Made by a program: the position numbers and the translations under genes | Part shown: positions 1-12,104 of the stretch, piece after piece | Position numbering within the stretch: the first letter of the stretch is position 1 | Layout of the letters: the number at the start of each line of letters is the position of its first letter | Notes under the pieces: model-generated | The model's input: only the letters and a program-made list of their open reading frames with translations | Database searches by the model: none | What the model was told of the DNA's origin: nothing | Assembly: GCA_964016885.1 (NCBI GenBank) | Contig: OZ024743.1 | Coordinates: 246,326,001 to 246,390,000 of the forward strand | Source: Eledone cirrhosa | Lineage: Eukaryota | Reading direction: 5' to 3' | DNA length: 64,000 nt

Positions 1-39
1 AGTAAACAGCAAGCACTCACAGAAAACAAGCTCTATCAA

Positions 40-795
40 ATTCTTAGAAGGCTCTATAGAAGCAGTTGACAGCTTCTGTTACCTGGGTAACCAAGTTAGC
101 AGTGGAAGTGGTTGTTCCGAAAGTATAGTAGCCAGAGTGAAAACAGGATTGAGAAAGTTCAGGGAACTATTACTGCTGTTATCTGCAAAAGACCTTGGCA
201 CTGTGTCCAGAGGACCTACGAAATTTAGAAAGAAATGAAGCCTGCATGCTCCAACAGATGTGTAATAGGCTTCATTTCTTTCTAATCTCCATAAGTCCTC
301 TGCACACAGCACCCAGGGCTTTTTTAGCTAACCGCCGTAATAGTTCCCTGTTTCTTGTCGAACCCATGCATACAAGCACTGAAAACTGAACACAATGCTG
401 CTGAAATGGCTAAAAGCTCCAAGTCCACATTGTGAGGTGCTCATGTTAGTGACATGACAAAAGAGCACCCAATCCACCCTGTAAGGTGATCATGCTGGTG
501 ATATGACAAATAAGCACCCAGTCCACCCTGTAAGGTGGTCGTGTTGGTGACACAACAAAAAGCACCCAGACCAACCTGCCAGTTGGTCGTTTTAGTGAAA
601 TAGTAAAAAGCACCCAGTGCACACTGCAAATGTGTTTGGCGTTATGAAGGGCATCCAGCCATAAAAACTAAGCCAGAAACAATTCTGTATGAGCAAAACA
701 CAGTCATCTGATCTGACTTATCTTGCAATGGGACAACTCGTCTAACCCATGCAATCATAGAAAAATGGACGTTAAATAGTAATGGTGATGATGAT
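40..795 (+). mobile_element. Degenerate 3' fragment of an RTE-clade LINE (ORF C-terminus plus repetitive 3' UTR, GAT-repeat tail)
   Basis: Translates to VDSFCYLGNQVSSGSGCSESIVARVKTG.RKFRELL and EDLRNLERNEA, matching the RTE ORF at 8191-9651. The 3' UTR resembles 26290-26783 and ends ggacgttaa...gatgatgat. Confidence 0.75.
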
Positions 796-1435
796 ATATA
801 TATGTATGTTATGTGTGTGTGTTATTTCCTTTTATGGCAGGTTATTAGAATACAAGTAAAATTTTAGGAATTAAAAAAAATCTTGTTATCTCTGTAAGAA
901 ATTATATGAACAATGTGTCTATGTGTTTAAAATAAATTATTGCAGAATTATCATGATTCTAATTCAACCAATTATCTGCAAGCTTATTGCTTTATTTCCT
1001 GGGCAATAACAGGTTTACTTATAGTATATATAAGTTAAAGCAGTATTAATAATCAAACTTTTTGGGTGGGGGTAAATGTCTAATACGACACTATATACTT
1101 TTAATACCAAACATGTCTTGATATTGAAGAGGTCATCAGATTTTTTAGATGTCGTGGTGGAGCAAAACATTTATGAACCAATGTACTACTGTCTTATACA
1201 AGAAAGAATACATTGTATGCCTTTGCTCATAGATCTGCTCATTCAGCACTAACTGGGGACTAAACAACAACTGTATCTTAACTATTTTCATACTAACCCA
1301 GCAAAAACTGGCACTTGTTCTATGAAACAAAACCACCCCTTTTAAAGAGTTTCTATTCAAATTAAAATCTTCCAACTTAATTTTATAAGAGAAGCATATG
1401 TTAAATTAATATCTTAGTAATGAAATAATTAATAA

Positions 1436-1924
1436 TCTTAACTATAATAAAGGAAGGTCTGTGGGATTGCGTCCAGAATATATTTTTTTACGCCGTTTGT
1501 AAATTAAGTTGGATTACTTTGAATAAATAATGAATGAATATTACATAATTTATGTGCTAAATTTTGTGGCTGTTGATTAAATATATTTTATAGCTTAATC
1601 TTTAAAATTCACCTCTTTAAAATTATCGAATGTCAACACTTCCGGTTAGCAGCCGTTATATTATAACAGTTATAATCGCATATATTTCCGTCGCTAATTT
1701 TCTCCTAATGCAGTTTATATATAATGTCGTCTTTTTCTTAATATATCATGGATTACTGATTCAGAAGACAGTGTAACATAGGCTTTGTTCAATTTCTGTG
1801 TATATCGTCAATTACGATTTTATTTGATGTATCATATTTACATGCATATATATTTGTGTATAATATCAATATACACACTACACATGCTAGCAGAAAACCA
1901 CCCGTATGGTGGTTTTTCTGCTAG
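1436..1924 (+). mobile_element. Non-autonomous Helitron
   Basis: Starts A|TC(ttaactataataaagg) and ends with the hairpin ctagcagaaaacca...tggtttttctgCTAG|T. The 3' end matches 28080-28141 and the 5' end recurs inverted at 30510-30712. Confidence 0.75.
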
Positions 1925-2278
1925 TCTTAATAATACTTTCAAAATTCTTCATTAATTAATTGATATAGTGTATTTAATTAGAAATATGGTCATGAACAGG
2001 TTAAAGTAGTAAACAGTGTGGCATAAAAGTGTAACTAATGATGATAAATTAATTGCTGTCTTTAACTTTAACTAGAAATCAATGTTTTCCAAGTGAGTTA
2101 AATCAAAAGAAAGAGTTGATATCCAGTTTTAAAAGTATTCCTATCATAAACATCATCTGAAATATGATTCTTCAAATAATGTTCTTTGAAGCTGATATTG
2201 CTGATCATCTTCCATTCTCACAGTATTACTATAATCTTCACATTTTTACTCAAAATGAATATGGAAACATGGAAATAA

Positions 2279-2467
2279 TTGCTTCTACTTTTTGGCACAA
2301 GGCCAGCAATTATCCCAGTGTATTACTGGTACTTTATTTTATCGACCCCCATAAGGATGAAAGGCAAAGGTAACCTTGGCGGGATTTGAACTCAGTCCGT
2401 AAAGGGACGTAACTGTGCGGCAAAGCATGGTGTCCGACCCTCTACCGATACTGCCAATCCACCACCA
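2279..2467 (-). mobile_element. tRNA-derived SINE, family 1 (resembles octopus OK-type SINEs)
   Basis: On the minus strand: A-box-like tggcagtatcgg, B-box gagttcaaatcc, core ctttcatcct..ggggtcgataaaataaagtaccag and tail ggccttgtgccaaaa. Many copies in this window. Confidence 0.85.
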
Positions 2468-2697
2468 TGGAAACATGGAAATAATGTAAGTTAAACAGTA
2501 TAAAAATAAATATATATACATATACATATATATACAAGGTTTATGAAAATTGTTGATATTAACTCAACAGTCTCCAACCACCGCCTCACCCACTCAATAA
2601 ATCTGCGAGATTGCAGTAATGATACTGCAACCCTTAATTCAGAGTGCACACATTAAGTTAATAGCAAGTACAGTGGCGGTGTTTGGTACAGATAAAT

Positions 2698-4745
2698 TCA
2701 TCATCATCATCATCATCATTTTACGTCTGCTTTTCCCTGCTTGCAAGGGTGGGACAGGTCCTATGCAGCACAGCATCTCTCCACTTGTCACGTTCCTTCG
2801 TCATTTCCTCTGTGAGCTTCAGCAATCTGAGGTCTGCTCTCACCACCTGTGCCCATGTTTTTTTGTGGTCTTCTTCTACTGCGTCTTATTTCCACTGAGA
2901 TTTCTTAGCACTTCTTCACCCATCGGTCATCCTCCATGCGCATCACTTGTCTGCACACTACAAATTATCCCTCTCAGACACAGTTTCTCTCTCAACACAT
3001 CCATGCTCGGTTGTTCACACACATTGACATTGCACATCCAATGGAGCATACTTGCCTCATTTCTCTCCAGTCGTTGCATATCCTCTGCAGTTGCTGCCTA
3101 TGTCTCACTACCATGCAGCATCGCGCACCTCACACAGGCAACATATAACTGGCCTTTCATACGCAGGGAGAAATCCTTCTTCGTCAGCAGAGGAAGCAGC
3201 TCCCTAAACTTCTTCCAACCCGTCCTTATTCTAGATACTATGACCTCAGAACACCCCCTCCCATGCTAATCTGATCACCTAGATACTGGAAGCTATCAAC
3301 CACTTCTGTAGCACCCACTTACATTTGAAAAATGTGTCTATCAATGCAACTTCTACTGTCAACTTTCCCTGACATCTACTGTATACATAGTTTTCCCTAC
3401 CTGTTAGTTTGCCTGCTACCCCACTACATCTCTTGTGTACCCAAGATCTGCATTGCGTACATTTTATAAAATTTATGCCAGTTCCTTTTCTACATATCGA
3501 AGATGGCCATTTCCCTGATGGAATCAGAGTTTTGTCCTCTTTCCTACTTATCAACATTTTTGTCTTAGCTAGGTTCACTCTCAGTCCTCTTGATTCCAAC
3601 TGCTGTTTCCATAGCCAGAATTTCTTCTCTAGCTCCTCTACTGATTCTGCTATAAGAACCAGATTGTCAGCATAGAGAAGTTCCCATGGACAGCCAGTCT
3701 TAAACTCCTCTGTTATGGCTTGGAGGACTATAATGAACAAGAGCAGGCTATAATGGACTCCATTCCTACTCTCACTTTACTGATAGCACCTCTGTACAAA
3801 GCTTGCACTGTCCTCACAAGCCATTCCTCAACACCTAGTTTTCTTAGGGACCACCAGATGACAGATCAGGGTACCCTATCAAAGGCCTTCTCTACGTCAA
3901 TGAAAGCTAAGTATAGTGGCTTATTCTTCTCTAAGAACCCCTCTTGTAATTGTCTCACTAAGAAGAGGGCATCTGTTGTACTTTTCCCAGGCACAAAACC
4001 AAACTGCATCTCATCTAGTTTGACCCTTTCTCTAATTAGTTGCGCTAATATCCTTTCTGCCACTTTCATAACCTGATCCATCAGTTTTATGCCCCTATAA
4101 TTGCTCCTTTCCAGAGCATCCCCTTTACCTTTGTAACAATTTATGAGAATACAGCCGCACCAGTCTTTGGGTATGACACCACCATATATAGCCTGATTGA
4201 TGATGCGTGCAACCAGTTTAGTGCCTACGACCCCTGATGCCTTCAACATCCCAGCAACTATCCCCGACAGTCCAGCAGCCTTACCATTTTTCATTTTCTT
4301 AATCGCCTCTTGGACCCCTATATTCATCAATCTCAATAGCTGGTCCTTCTGTCGGATCTACTGGGGTAATTTCTCTCTCTCCCATTCGTTCTCCACATTC
4401 ATCAGTCTCTTATAATGACATTTCCAGGCCTCCTTTTTCTGATAATTCATGACACTAAGTACACCGGCATCATTCTGGACACACTTATCTCCAACAACAT
4501 CCTGATTTGCACTGACACACTGCCTTGCAATGCGGAACACCGCACGTCTCTGATCTTCCCATCGCAGAACATTGGCAAACCTCCTACTCTCAGCCTCCCT
4601 GCATGTTAAGTACACCTGACGTCTAGTTTCTCTCTTAGCAGCTGTATATCCTTCTCTACTTCCATCATTTTTCCAAGCATTCCATGCTAGTCTTTTTGTC
4701 TCTAATGGCCCTATCTACCATGCTGTTCCACCACCAGGTCACTCT
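2698..4745 (-). mobile_element. 5'-truncated, frameshifted RTE-clade LINE
   Basis: ORF pieces 3279-3740, 3866-4336 and 4358-4615 carry RT motifs (QFGFVPGKSTTDA, DVEKAFDRVP, LLYADNL). (GAT)n tail at 2698-2719. Same family as 8155-9775, with internal deletions. Confidence 0.93.
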
Positions 4746-5042
4746 CTTTTATACAAAAAGGTGATGTCATGATGTGTCTGGTCAATTAGTGGGTTTTACA
4801 CTGACATTAGTTGTATATTAATATGCCATTGTATACAATGGAAAAATAGCCATTGTTTCATACACAATAACCAACTGGTTGTATACTATTTTGCCACATT
4901 CCCATTTAATTATGTCAGGAATGTAGTGTTGATTTTGTTTTATCCTTTTTTTTTTTTTTTGTATCACAATAAAATATGCCTAGTACACTCGATACAGGTG
5001 TTAGCAAAGGCTTACAGCTCTAGAAACTATACCAAAATTTGG

Positions 5043-5215
5043 TGCAGGCATAAGTGCGGTTAAGGAGTTTCCTTCATAACCACACAGTTTCAGGTTCAAT
5101 ACCACTGCATGACACCTTTGGCACGTGTCTTCTACTATTGCCTCAGGTTGACTAATGCTTGGTGAGTGAAATTTTATAGACAGAATCTGCAGAAGCCCAT
5201 CACATACGCACACAC
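5043..5215 (+). mobile_element. tRNA-derived SINE, family 2 (resembles OR-type octopus SINEs)
   Basis: gtgcggttaagg...ggttcaatacc head and tcttctactattgcctcaggttgac body. Related copies at 18555-18690 and 29760-29900. Confidence 0.65.
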
Positions 5216-5825
5216 ACAAATATATTTATATTTATATTATCCCAAAATTCTCTGTCCAATCATTCCAGCATGGAAAGCCATGCTTCTCTTCCCCCACAAT
5301 CACTCACTTACCTTAAGGCCAGCATACTCTCCTTCTAATAACAGGCAACCCAAATCCAGTCTTGTCGACCCTCAATGTAACTTACGAAGAGCATCCAGCT
5401 GTAGAAACCATGTCAAAATGGAACACATAAGCAAGTCTGACATGCCTCTTCTTTTGCACGATATCAGAAATACAAGAGAGAACATCATATATACAAGCAG
5501 ATTCATAGGTTTTTCAGGATTATTTACAAAGCAGGAGCCTGATTTATGGCTGAAGTCAAAAATAGAGTTTTGTTTTCCAGTAGTAATCAGGTTTGTATAC
5601 AGGCGGAAGAAATTTGTGTTTTAAATGAATCATGAATATATTCAGCTGCATAAGACAGTCATGTCGCTTTTGAAATCATAGACTAAACTGAATTTCTGAA
5701 GAGATCTTATGTTATTTATCAACAAACTCCATGTTCAATTGTTAGTGATTGGTGAGCTTATGTTGCACTATGACTTCATTAGTCAGCTGAATGAAAGTGA
5801 TTTTTTTAAAGCAGTTAAGGTTTAT

Positions 5826-5990
5826 CAGGTGGCAAATTGGCAGAGGCATTAGAGTGTCAGCTAGAATGCTTTGTGCTATTCAATCTGGCTTTCTGCTCTC
5901 TGAGTTCAAATCTCCCTGAGGTCATCTTTGCCTTTCATTCTTTGGACTTTGATTAAAAAAATAACCAGTCCAGGACTGGGGTTGATTATT
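5826..5990 (+). mobile_element. Old SINE family 1 copy
   Basis: tggcagaggcattagag...gagttcaaatct...ctttgcctttcattc. Confidence 0.7.
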
Positions 5991-6404
5991 TCTCTCTCTC
6001 TCTCTCTCTTCCTTCGGAAGAAATAGGCTGTTTTCAGTCCTGGAGAGCGATGGCTCTGCCAGGTCTAAAATGCCCAAGATGCACCATGTGTCGTTATAGA
6101 GTTCCTACAACTCCACCATGAGTTATAGCTTCATACATAAGGTATCATCATAGATACTGTATAACTTTGAAATTTTCTGAGGAAACAAAATTTGCTAGGA
6201 ATGTCAGATAGTAGTAATTAGTTCCTTCAAGTGTAAATTTTTACCATGTAAAGACTAACAATCAATGCATAATGGAGCTGCCAATACCACATCAAGTTTT
6301 TCAGGTCATAGAGCACCCAGCTGTAGAAACTATGCAAACATATGGAACATATGAGTAAGACATCATTACTTGACCTATCTTGTCTCAGACTGTGACAACC
6401 TGTC

Positions 6405-6429
6405 CAGCAGCAGCAGCAGCAGCAGTTGT

Positions 6430-6464
<35 letters not shown>

Positions 6465-6501
6465 CAGCAGCAGCAGCAGCAGTAGGAGGAGGAGGAGGAG
6501 G
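6405..6501. repeat. (CAG/TAG/GAG)n trinucleotide microsatellite
   Basis: Directly visible. Confidence 0.95.
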
Positions 6502-6629
6502 GGTATGGAAAGTGAAGGGGGATTATGATTATGATAATGATGATTATGAGTCAACATTACATACTAATGACTGCAATTTTAATTAACTAAATTGAAGTGT
6601 GAACACCTTACAAATAAAAGTCAATTTAA

Positions 6630-6828
6630 ACTGGCCATATCCAGCCAGAATTCTCTCACCTCTTTCTGTAACCAGCCGCTCATACTGATGTTAAGGTATT
6701 TTTCTCAAAATAAAAAAATATCAAAACCTCATAGATTTGATATTATGTGAGATAATTATGTAAGTTGAAGCTTTTACCAATAAAATATAATAGTAAATAT
6801 AGAGTAATGTAAATGTTGAAGGGTTGAC
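6630..6828. mobile_element. Dispersed repeat with a piggyBac-like aagggtt(a) end; second copy at about 9978-10200
   Basis: Both copies share ggcc.tatcc.gccagaattctctcacc and gatattatgtgagataattatgt, and both end aaatg.t.aagggtt. The superfamily call is weak. Confidence 0.45.
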
Positions 6829-7183
6829 TCTGGCTTTATCTCAATTGTTAGAACTGTAGATATAGTAGTTTCAGAGGGTATTTAAAGTGGCTGCAGCAGA
6901 AAGTAGTAATTGCAACATTTCCTGAATATTCAACCATTTCTATAGTTACCTATTTGAAAGACCTAACTTTAGAAGGCCTAGCAGGGAATTAATAGATGTT
7001 ATTGTCAGAAATGTAGTGTAAAATAATTCATAGACCCAGTAATGCAACAACAGCAACAACAACAATAATAATAATAATAATAATAATTGTTTCTACTTTT
7101 GGCACAAGGCCAGTAATTACCCAGTACATTACAACAATGATTTTCTTTATATATTTAGAGAGATAGATATATACTATTAGTAT

Positions 7184-7258
7184 AGATTAAAAGTTTAAGC
7201 AATGAATTTCAGCTTTCACCCGAAGCAGGATCATCTGAAACTGAGAAAAATCAATCTG
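7184..7258 (-). ncRNA. Type I hammerhead-ribozyme-like motif, variant core CAGAUGA (solo Penelope pLTR relic)
   Basis: Minus strand: agttt CAGATGA t cctg ctt cggg t GAAA gc..gc TT aaact. Homologous to 28536-28609 and 44633-44706. Confidence 0.55.
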
Positions 7259-8154
7259 TAAATGCAAAAGTAAATATTTAAAAAAAATTATGACCAAATA
7301 TTGCCTTTAGAAAATAGGAAGACATAACGGTAGTGCGTGAAGATATTCCTTGAGATGAGTGAAATGTATGCTAGGAGAATTATGTCATTATGTGGAGTGG
7401 AAAGAACAAATTCTTGCTATGGAAAAATCAGGTTGCCTCAATATGTGTGTATGTGTGTGTGTGTGTGCATGCAGGTATGTGTTTATATACGTGTGTGTGT
7501 GTATGTGTGCATGCAGGTATGTGTTTATATGTGAGTACATGTCTGTGTTTATGTCCCTTAACTTAGCTATTCGAGAAAAAAAAAGATCAATAAAATATGT
7601 ACCAGATTTGAAAAAATAAGTATTGGTGGTGATATGATCAACTAAACCAATGTGGTACACCATCATGACCACAATCTAATGATTGAAACTAGTAAAAGAA
7701 TAAAAGTATATTGATGTATATTGATATTAACAGAAACAAAGGTCTCTAAATGATTAATCCTTTCATCTACTTCATTATATTCTGCTATTTCTTAACCATT
7801 TTGTTATGGTAATTCTAATGAAATATTTTGTATTTCAATTAATTAATTAAGAATTTGGGAAGGATTTACTAAAATCATTATTTCATTAAGATGGTATTTG
7901 TAACATAAACTTAACATAATTAATAGAGTGTATAATTAAAAAATCTTATAAATAATTATATAGTGAAGAAATTACAACATTAGTTTATTGACAAATATCA
8001 TCTTAATTATTTTGGTAAGTACAGAAGATGATATACATGCCTTCTGATCAAGATCCAACCAGGTCCAAACTAGGCTAAAGGTGTTTATAATTATTTTCAA
8101 TTTACAGGGAAAACAATTATTTGGCATGTTTAAGGGAATACATATATCTGGCAT

Positions 8155-8189
<35 letters not shown>

Positions 8190-9775
8190 TTTACGTCCGC
8201 TTTTCCCTGCTTGCAAGGGTGGGACGGGTCTTATTCAGCACAGCATCTCTCCACTCGTCACGGTCCCTCGTCATCTCCACCGTGAGCTTCAATGATCTGA
8301 GGTCTGTTCTCACCACCTCCACCCATGTTTTTCGTGGTCTACCTCTACCACGTCTTCCTTCAACTGGCAATTCCTGGCACTTCTTCACCCATCGGTCATC
8401 CTCCATGCGCATCACATGTCCATACCACCTCAGTCTCCTCTCCCGTACACTACATTCTTTCCCTCTCAGACACAGTTTCTCTCTCAACACATTTATGCTG
8501 GGTCGTTCATGCACATTTACACTGCACATCCAACGGAGCATGCTTGCCTCATTTCTCTCCAGCCGTCGCACATCCTCTGCAGTTGCTGCCCATGTCTCAC
8601 TACCATGCAGCATCGCGCTCCTCACACAGGCATCATACAACCGGCCTTTCGTACGCAGGGAGAAACCCTTCTTCGTCAACAGAGGAAGCAGCTCCCTAAA
8701 CTTCTTCCAACTCGTCCTTATTCTAGATACTATGGCCTCGGAACACCCTCCTCCCATGCTAATCTGATCTCCTAGGTACCAGAAGCTATCCACCACTTCT
8801 ATAGCACCCTCTTGCATTTGAAAAATGTGTCTATCAGTGCGACTTCTACTGTCTAATTTCCCTGTACATCTACTGCATACATATTTCTCCCTACCTGTTA
8901 GTTTGCCTGCTATCCCGCTACATCTCTTGTGTACCCAGGATCTGCATTGTGTGCATTTTATAGAATTTATGCCAGTTCCTTTTCTGCATATCGAACATGG
9001 CCATTTCCCTGACGGAATCAGGGTTTTGTCCTCTTTTCTACTCATCAACACTTTTGTCTTAGCTAGATTCACTCTCAGTCCTCTTGCTTCCAACTGCTGT
9101 TTCCATAGCCAGAATTTCTTCTCTAGCTCCTCTACTGATTCTGCTATAAGAACCAGATTGTCAGCATAGAGAAGTTCCCATGGACAGCCAGTCTTAAACT
9201 CCTCTGTTATGGCTTGGAGGACTATAATGAACAAGAGCAGGCTGAGGACCGAACCCTGATGTACTCCTACTTGTATCTGGAATTCCTCACTAAACCCCAT
9301 TCCTACCCTGACTTTACTGAGAGTACCTCTGTACAAAGTTTGCACTGTCCTCACAAGCCATTCCTCAACACCTAGCTTCCTTAGGGACCACCAGATGACA
9401 GATCGGGGTACCCTATCAAAGGCCTTCTCTAGGTCAACAAAGGTTAAGTATAATGGCTTATTCTTCTCTAAGAACCTCTCTTGCAATTGTCTCACCAAGA
9501 AGAGGGCATCTGTTGTACTCTTCCCAGGCACAAAACCAAACTGCATCTCATCTAGTTTGACCCTTTCTCTAATTAGTTGTGCTAATATCCTTTCTGCCAC
9601 TTTCATAACCTGATCTATCAGTTTTATACCCCTATAATTGTTCCTCTCCAAAGCATCCCCTTTACCTTTGTAGCAATTTATGAGAATACTGCTGCACCAG
9701 TCTTTGGGTATGACACCACCATATATAGCCTGATTGATGATGCGTGCAACCAGTTTAGTGCCTATGTCCCCTGAT
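8155..9775 (-). mobile_element. Young 5'-truncated RTE-clade LINE with (GAT)n tail
   Basis: Contains the uninterrupted ORF 8191-9651 and a tail at 8155-8189. Confidence 0.95.
8191..9651 (-). CDS. RTE reverse transcriptase C-terminal portion with PHD-like Cys/His finger (truncated; catalytic YADD reads YADN)
   Basis: DLEKAFDRVP, GVHQGSVLS.LLF, LLYADNL, CSICRKG..SIKCTQCRSWVHKRC..YVCSRC, RRLRWYGHVMR, GRPRKTW. Confidence 0.9.
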   Translation of the reverse strand: MERNNYRGIKLIDQVMKVAERILAQLIRERVKLDEMQFGFVPGKSTTDALFLVRQLQERFLEKNKPLYLTFVDLEKAFDRVPRSVIWWSLRKLGVEEWLVRTVQTLYRGTLSKVRVGMGFSEEFQIQVGVHQGSVLSLLLFIIVLQAITEEFKTGCPWELLYADNLVLIAESVEELEKKFWLWKQQLEARGLRVNLAKTKVLMSRKEDKTLIPSGKWPCSICRKGTGINSIKCTQCRSWVHKRCSGIAGKLTGREKYVCSRCTGKLDSRSRTDRHIFQMQEGAIEVVDSFWYLGDQISMGGGCSEAIVSRIRTSWKKFRELLPLLTKKGFSLRTKGRLYDACVRSAMLHGSETWAATAEDVRRLERNEASMLRWMCSVNVHERPSINVLREKLCLRGKECSVRERRLRWYGHVMRMEDDRWVKKCQELPVEGRRGRGRPRKTWVEVVRTDLRSLKLTVEMTRDRDEWRDAVLNKTRPTLASREKRT

Positions 9776-10486
9776 ATACATGTCTATATACTAAAAATGT
9801 GTAGATTTATATACACATGCAGTCTCAGTTACCTTTTCTATATATACACAGATATAACTTTATCATATACTTCAGTTGTTTAGCATACAAATTAATAATC
9901 ATCATCATAGTTTAAAATCTACTTTCCCTGCTAGCAAAGGTTGGACGGATCATCAGCAGGCCAGGCTGGTACTGAAACCGGCCGTATCCGGCCAGAATTC
10001 TCTCACCCCTTTCTGTTCAAACCAGCTGTAACTGGCCACTGATATTAATGTTAAGGCATTGTTATCAAAATAAAATAATATCAAAATCACATAGATTCGA
10101 TATTATGTGAGATAATTATGTGAGGTAAAGCCTTTAGGGTTATTCCATATCAAATCACACAGTTTCAGAAAAATTTCCTAGGTCAAATGCTAAAGGGTTA
10201 GTACATATCTTTATTAACACCCATCATGAGCACTATCAATATGCAAATTAGTACTTTCATTTCTGAACACTGTTATTTGTGATGGGGTATTTAAGCCCTT
10301 AATGTCATATGTTCATGTTGTTTATAAGAAAACTAGATCTGAAAATCGTTTAAAGATATTTATCATTTTTTTTTTTTTTTCCAATTTACAGGGAAATACA
10401 TTTGGCATTGTCTACATGACTATAAACAAAAAATGTATAAATTTATATACACATTTACACAATCTTGGTTACCCCTATACTATATA

Positions 10487-10870
10487 CCATATTTGACAGC
10501 TTATAAAATACACTTTTTTTCTATAAAATGTCTCAGAAAATCATCCTGCTTCTTATAAGGTCAAGGATCAGATAGGGTTACTGGTTAGTGGAGTTCTAGT
10601 GCTGCAGTGGCCCTTAAATTAAACCACAAACACCTCCACAAATGTAAACAAGGTGGTGATCACTTCTACACCAACAATGGCAACTCTTTTCTAAGGTAAC
10701 AATGTTTTAAAAATGTACTAAAATATTAAAACTAGAATTACAATGTATAATGATGATAAAAAATATGATGTAAAAACTTTAAATCCATTTATTTATCTAT
10801 CTTTTTAAATGTCTGCCCAAATTGAGGTGCATCTTATAAGCCCATGCATTTTATAAGCTGCCAAATATGG
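10487..10870. mobile_element. Tc1/mariner (pogo/Tigger-like) MITE with TA target duplication
   Basis: TIRs ta|ccatatttgacagcttataaaatac and gcattttataagctgccaaatatgg|ta. Confidence 0.75.
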
Positions 10871-10912
10871 TATATACAGATATAACTTTGTTGTACTCAA
10901 CTTAATATGTAA

Positions 10913-10953
10913 CTCTGAACATGTTTCAGTTTTATTAGACTTCATCAGCAAGA
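10913..10953 (-). ncRNA. Minimal type I hammerhead-ribozyme-like motif
   Basis: Minus strand: tcttg CTGATGA agt ctaataaa act GAAAC AT GTT cagag. Stem III is palindromic (aacatgtt) and stem I is weak. Confidence 0.5.
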
Positions 10954-10965
10954 CATAAACCTTAC

Positions 10966-11071
10966 CTGGGAGAAACACTAAGTAGACACACAGCATTGTA
11001 CACAAGTAGGTGCCATAAATTAGCACATTTAAAAAAATAAATCATAGGGTTTAATTACACATTGACGCCAA
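10966..11071 (-). other. Candidate host exon (possible first coding exon MLCVYLVFLP|G, phase-1 donor)
   Basis: Acceptor ctctgttgcttttcatgcag| and donor ccag|gtaagg flank 106 nt of unique-looking sequence. No homology recognised. Confidence 0.3.
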
Positions 11072-11214
11072 CTGCATGAAAAGCAACAGAGTATGTTAAC
11101 TCTTTTAATGTAGCGTGAATCGGAAATCTAATTAGAAATATTTATAGAGAGAGGAAAAAACAGCTCAATGAGACTAGTAGTTACATTTTTATTGCCAAGC
11201 CTGCTGTTTAGGCA

Positions 11215-11490
11215 ACTGCTACTACTGTTGCTATTGTTGTGATAGTGGTGGTGACTTTTCATTGCTGTTGTTGTTGTAGTGGTGGCAGTGGTGGTAGTGA
11301 TGATGGTAGTAGTGGTGGTAATTTGTTGTTGTTATGGTCGAGGTGGTTGTGGTGGTGATTTTCTGTTGTTGTTGTTGTTTTTGTTGCTGGTAGTGCTGGA
11401 GGTGGTGGTGCTGGTGGCATTTTGTTGTTGTTGTGGTGGTGGTCGTGGCTTTTTGTTGCTGTTGTTGTTATTTTTGTGGTGGTGGTGATC
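11215..11490. repeat. Degenerate (GTT/GGT)n low-complexity tract
   Basis: Directly visible. Confidence 0.85.
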
Positions 11491-11529
11491 AGATTGTGAT
11501 GTCAATCAATGCATGTATTGTTTATCATG

Positions 11530-12095
11530 GAGGGAAGTGGATAGGTAGAATTGTTATAGTAAGATTTGAACTCAGAATGGGGAACAAATACCACAAGGCA
11601 TTTTGTCCAATGCTCTAACAATTCCTCCAATCCTCTACAGTGGATTCATACATTATTTTATCCACTACAAATGGATGACAGGCAGAGTTGACCTTAGCAG
11701 GGTTTGAACTCAGAATGAAAGGAGCCCAAACAAATAATGCAAAGTATCTCATCAAACACTAACATTCTACAAACAATCCATTGCTTTGGACTAGTATTTT
11801 ATTTCATCAACCCCAAAAAGATTATGGGCAAAATTGGCCTTGGCAGGATTTGAACTCAAAATGCAAGGAGCCTGAACAAATACAGCAAGGTATCTCATCC
11901 AATTCTCTAACAATTCTGTCAGCAATCCACTGTCCTGGACTGGTATTTTATTTTATCGACCCCAAAAGGACAAATGACAAAGTTGGTATTGATGGAATTT
12001 GAACTCGGAGTTCAGAGTGCAGGAATAAATATCCCCCACACACATGCTAGGTATTTTGTGCTACACTCTTATGGGTCTGCAAATTCTTCACCTTG
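11530..12095 (-). mobile_element. Cluster of about four old SINE family 1 copies in tandem
   Basis: Repeated (g)atttgaactc(a/g) at about 11565, 11704, 11848 and 11997, with ttttatttcatc/ttttatcgacccc. Confidence 0.7.
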
Positions 12096-12104
12096 TTGCT
12101 GTGA

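Noticed and set aside
1105-1142. Minus-strand CTGATGA followed by acatgtt
   Set aside because: No GAAA and no stem I; at best a dead relic.
5166-5624. 152-aa ORF as a host gene
   Set aside because: Begins in a SINE, crosses repeat fragments and has no recognisable motif.
6375-6586. Poly-Leu and poly-Ala ORFs (also 11279-11618, 13777-14203 and 51518-52753)
   Set aside because: Trinucleotide microsatellite artefacts.
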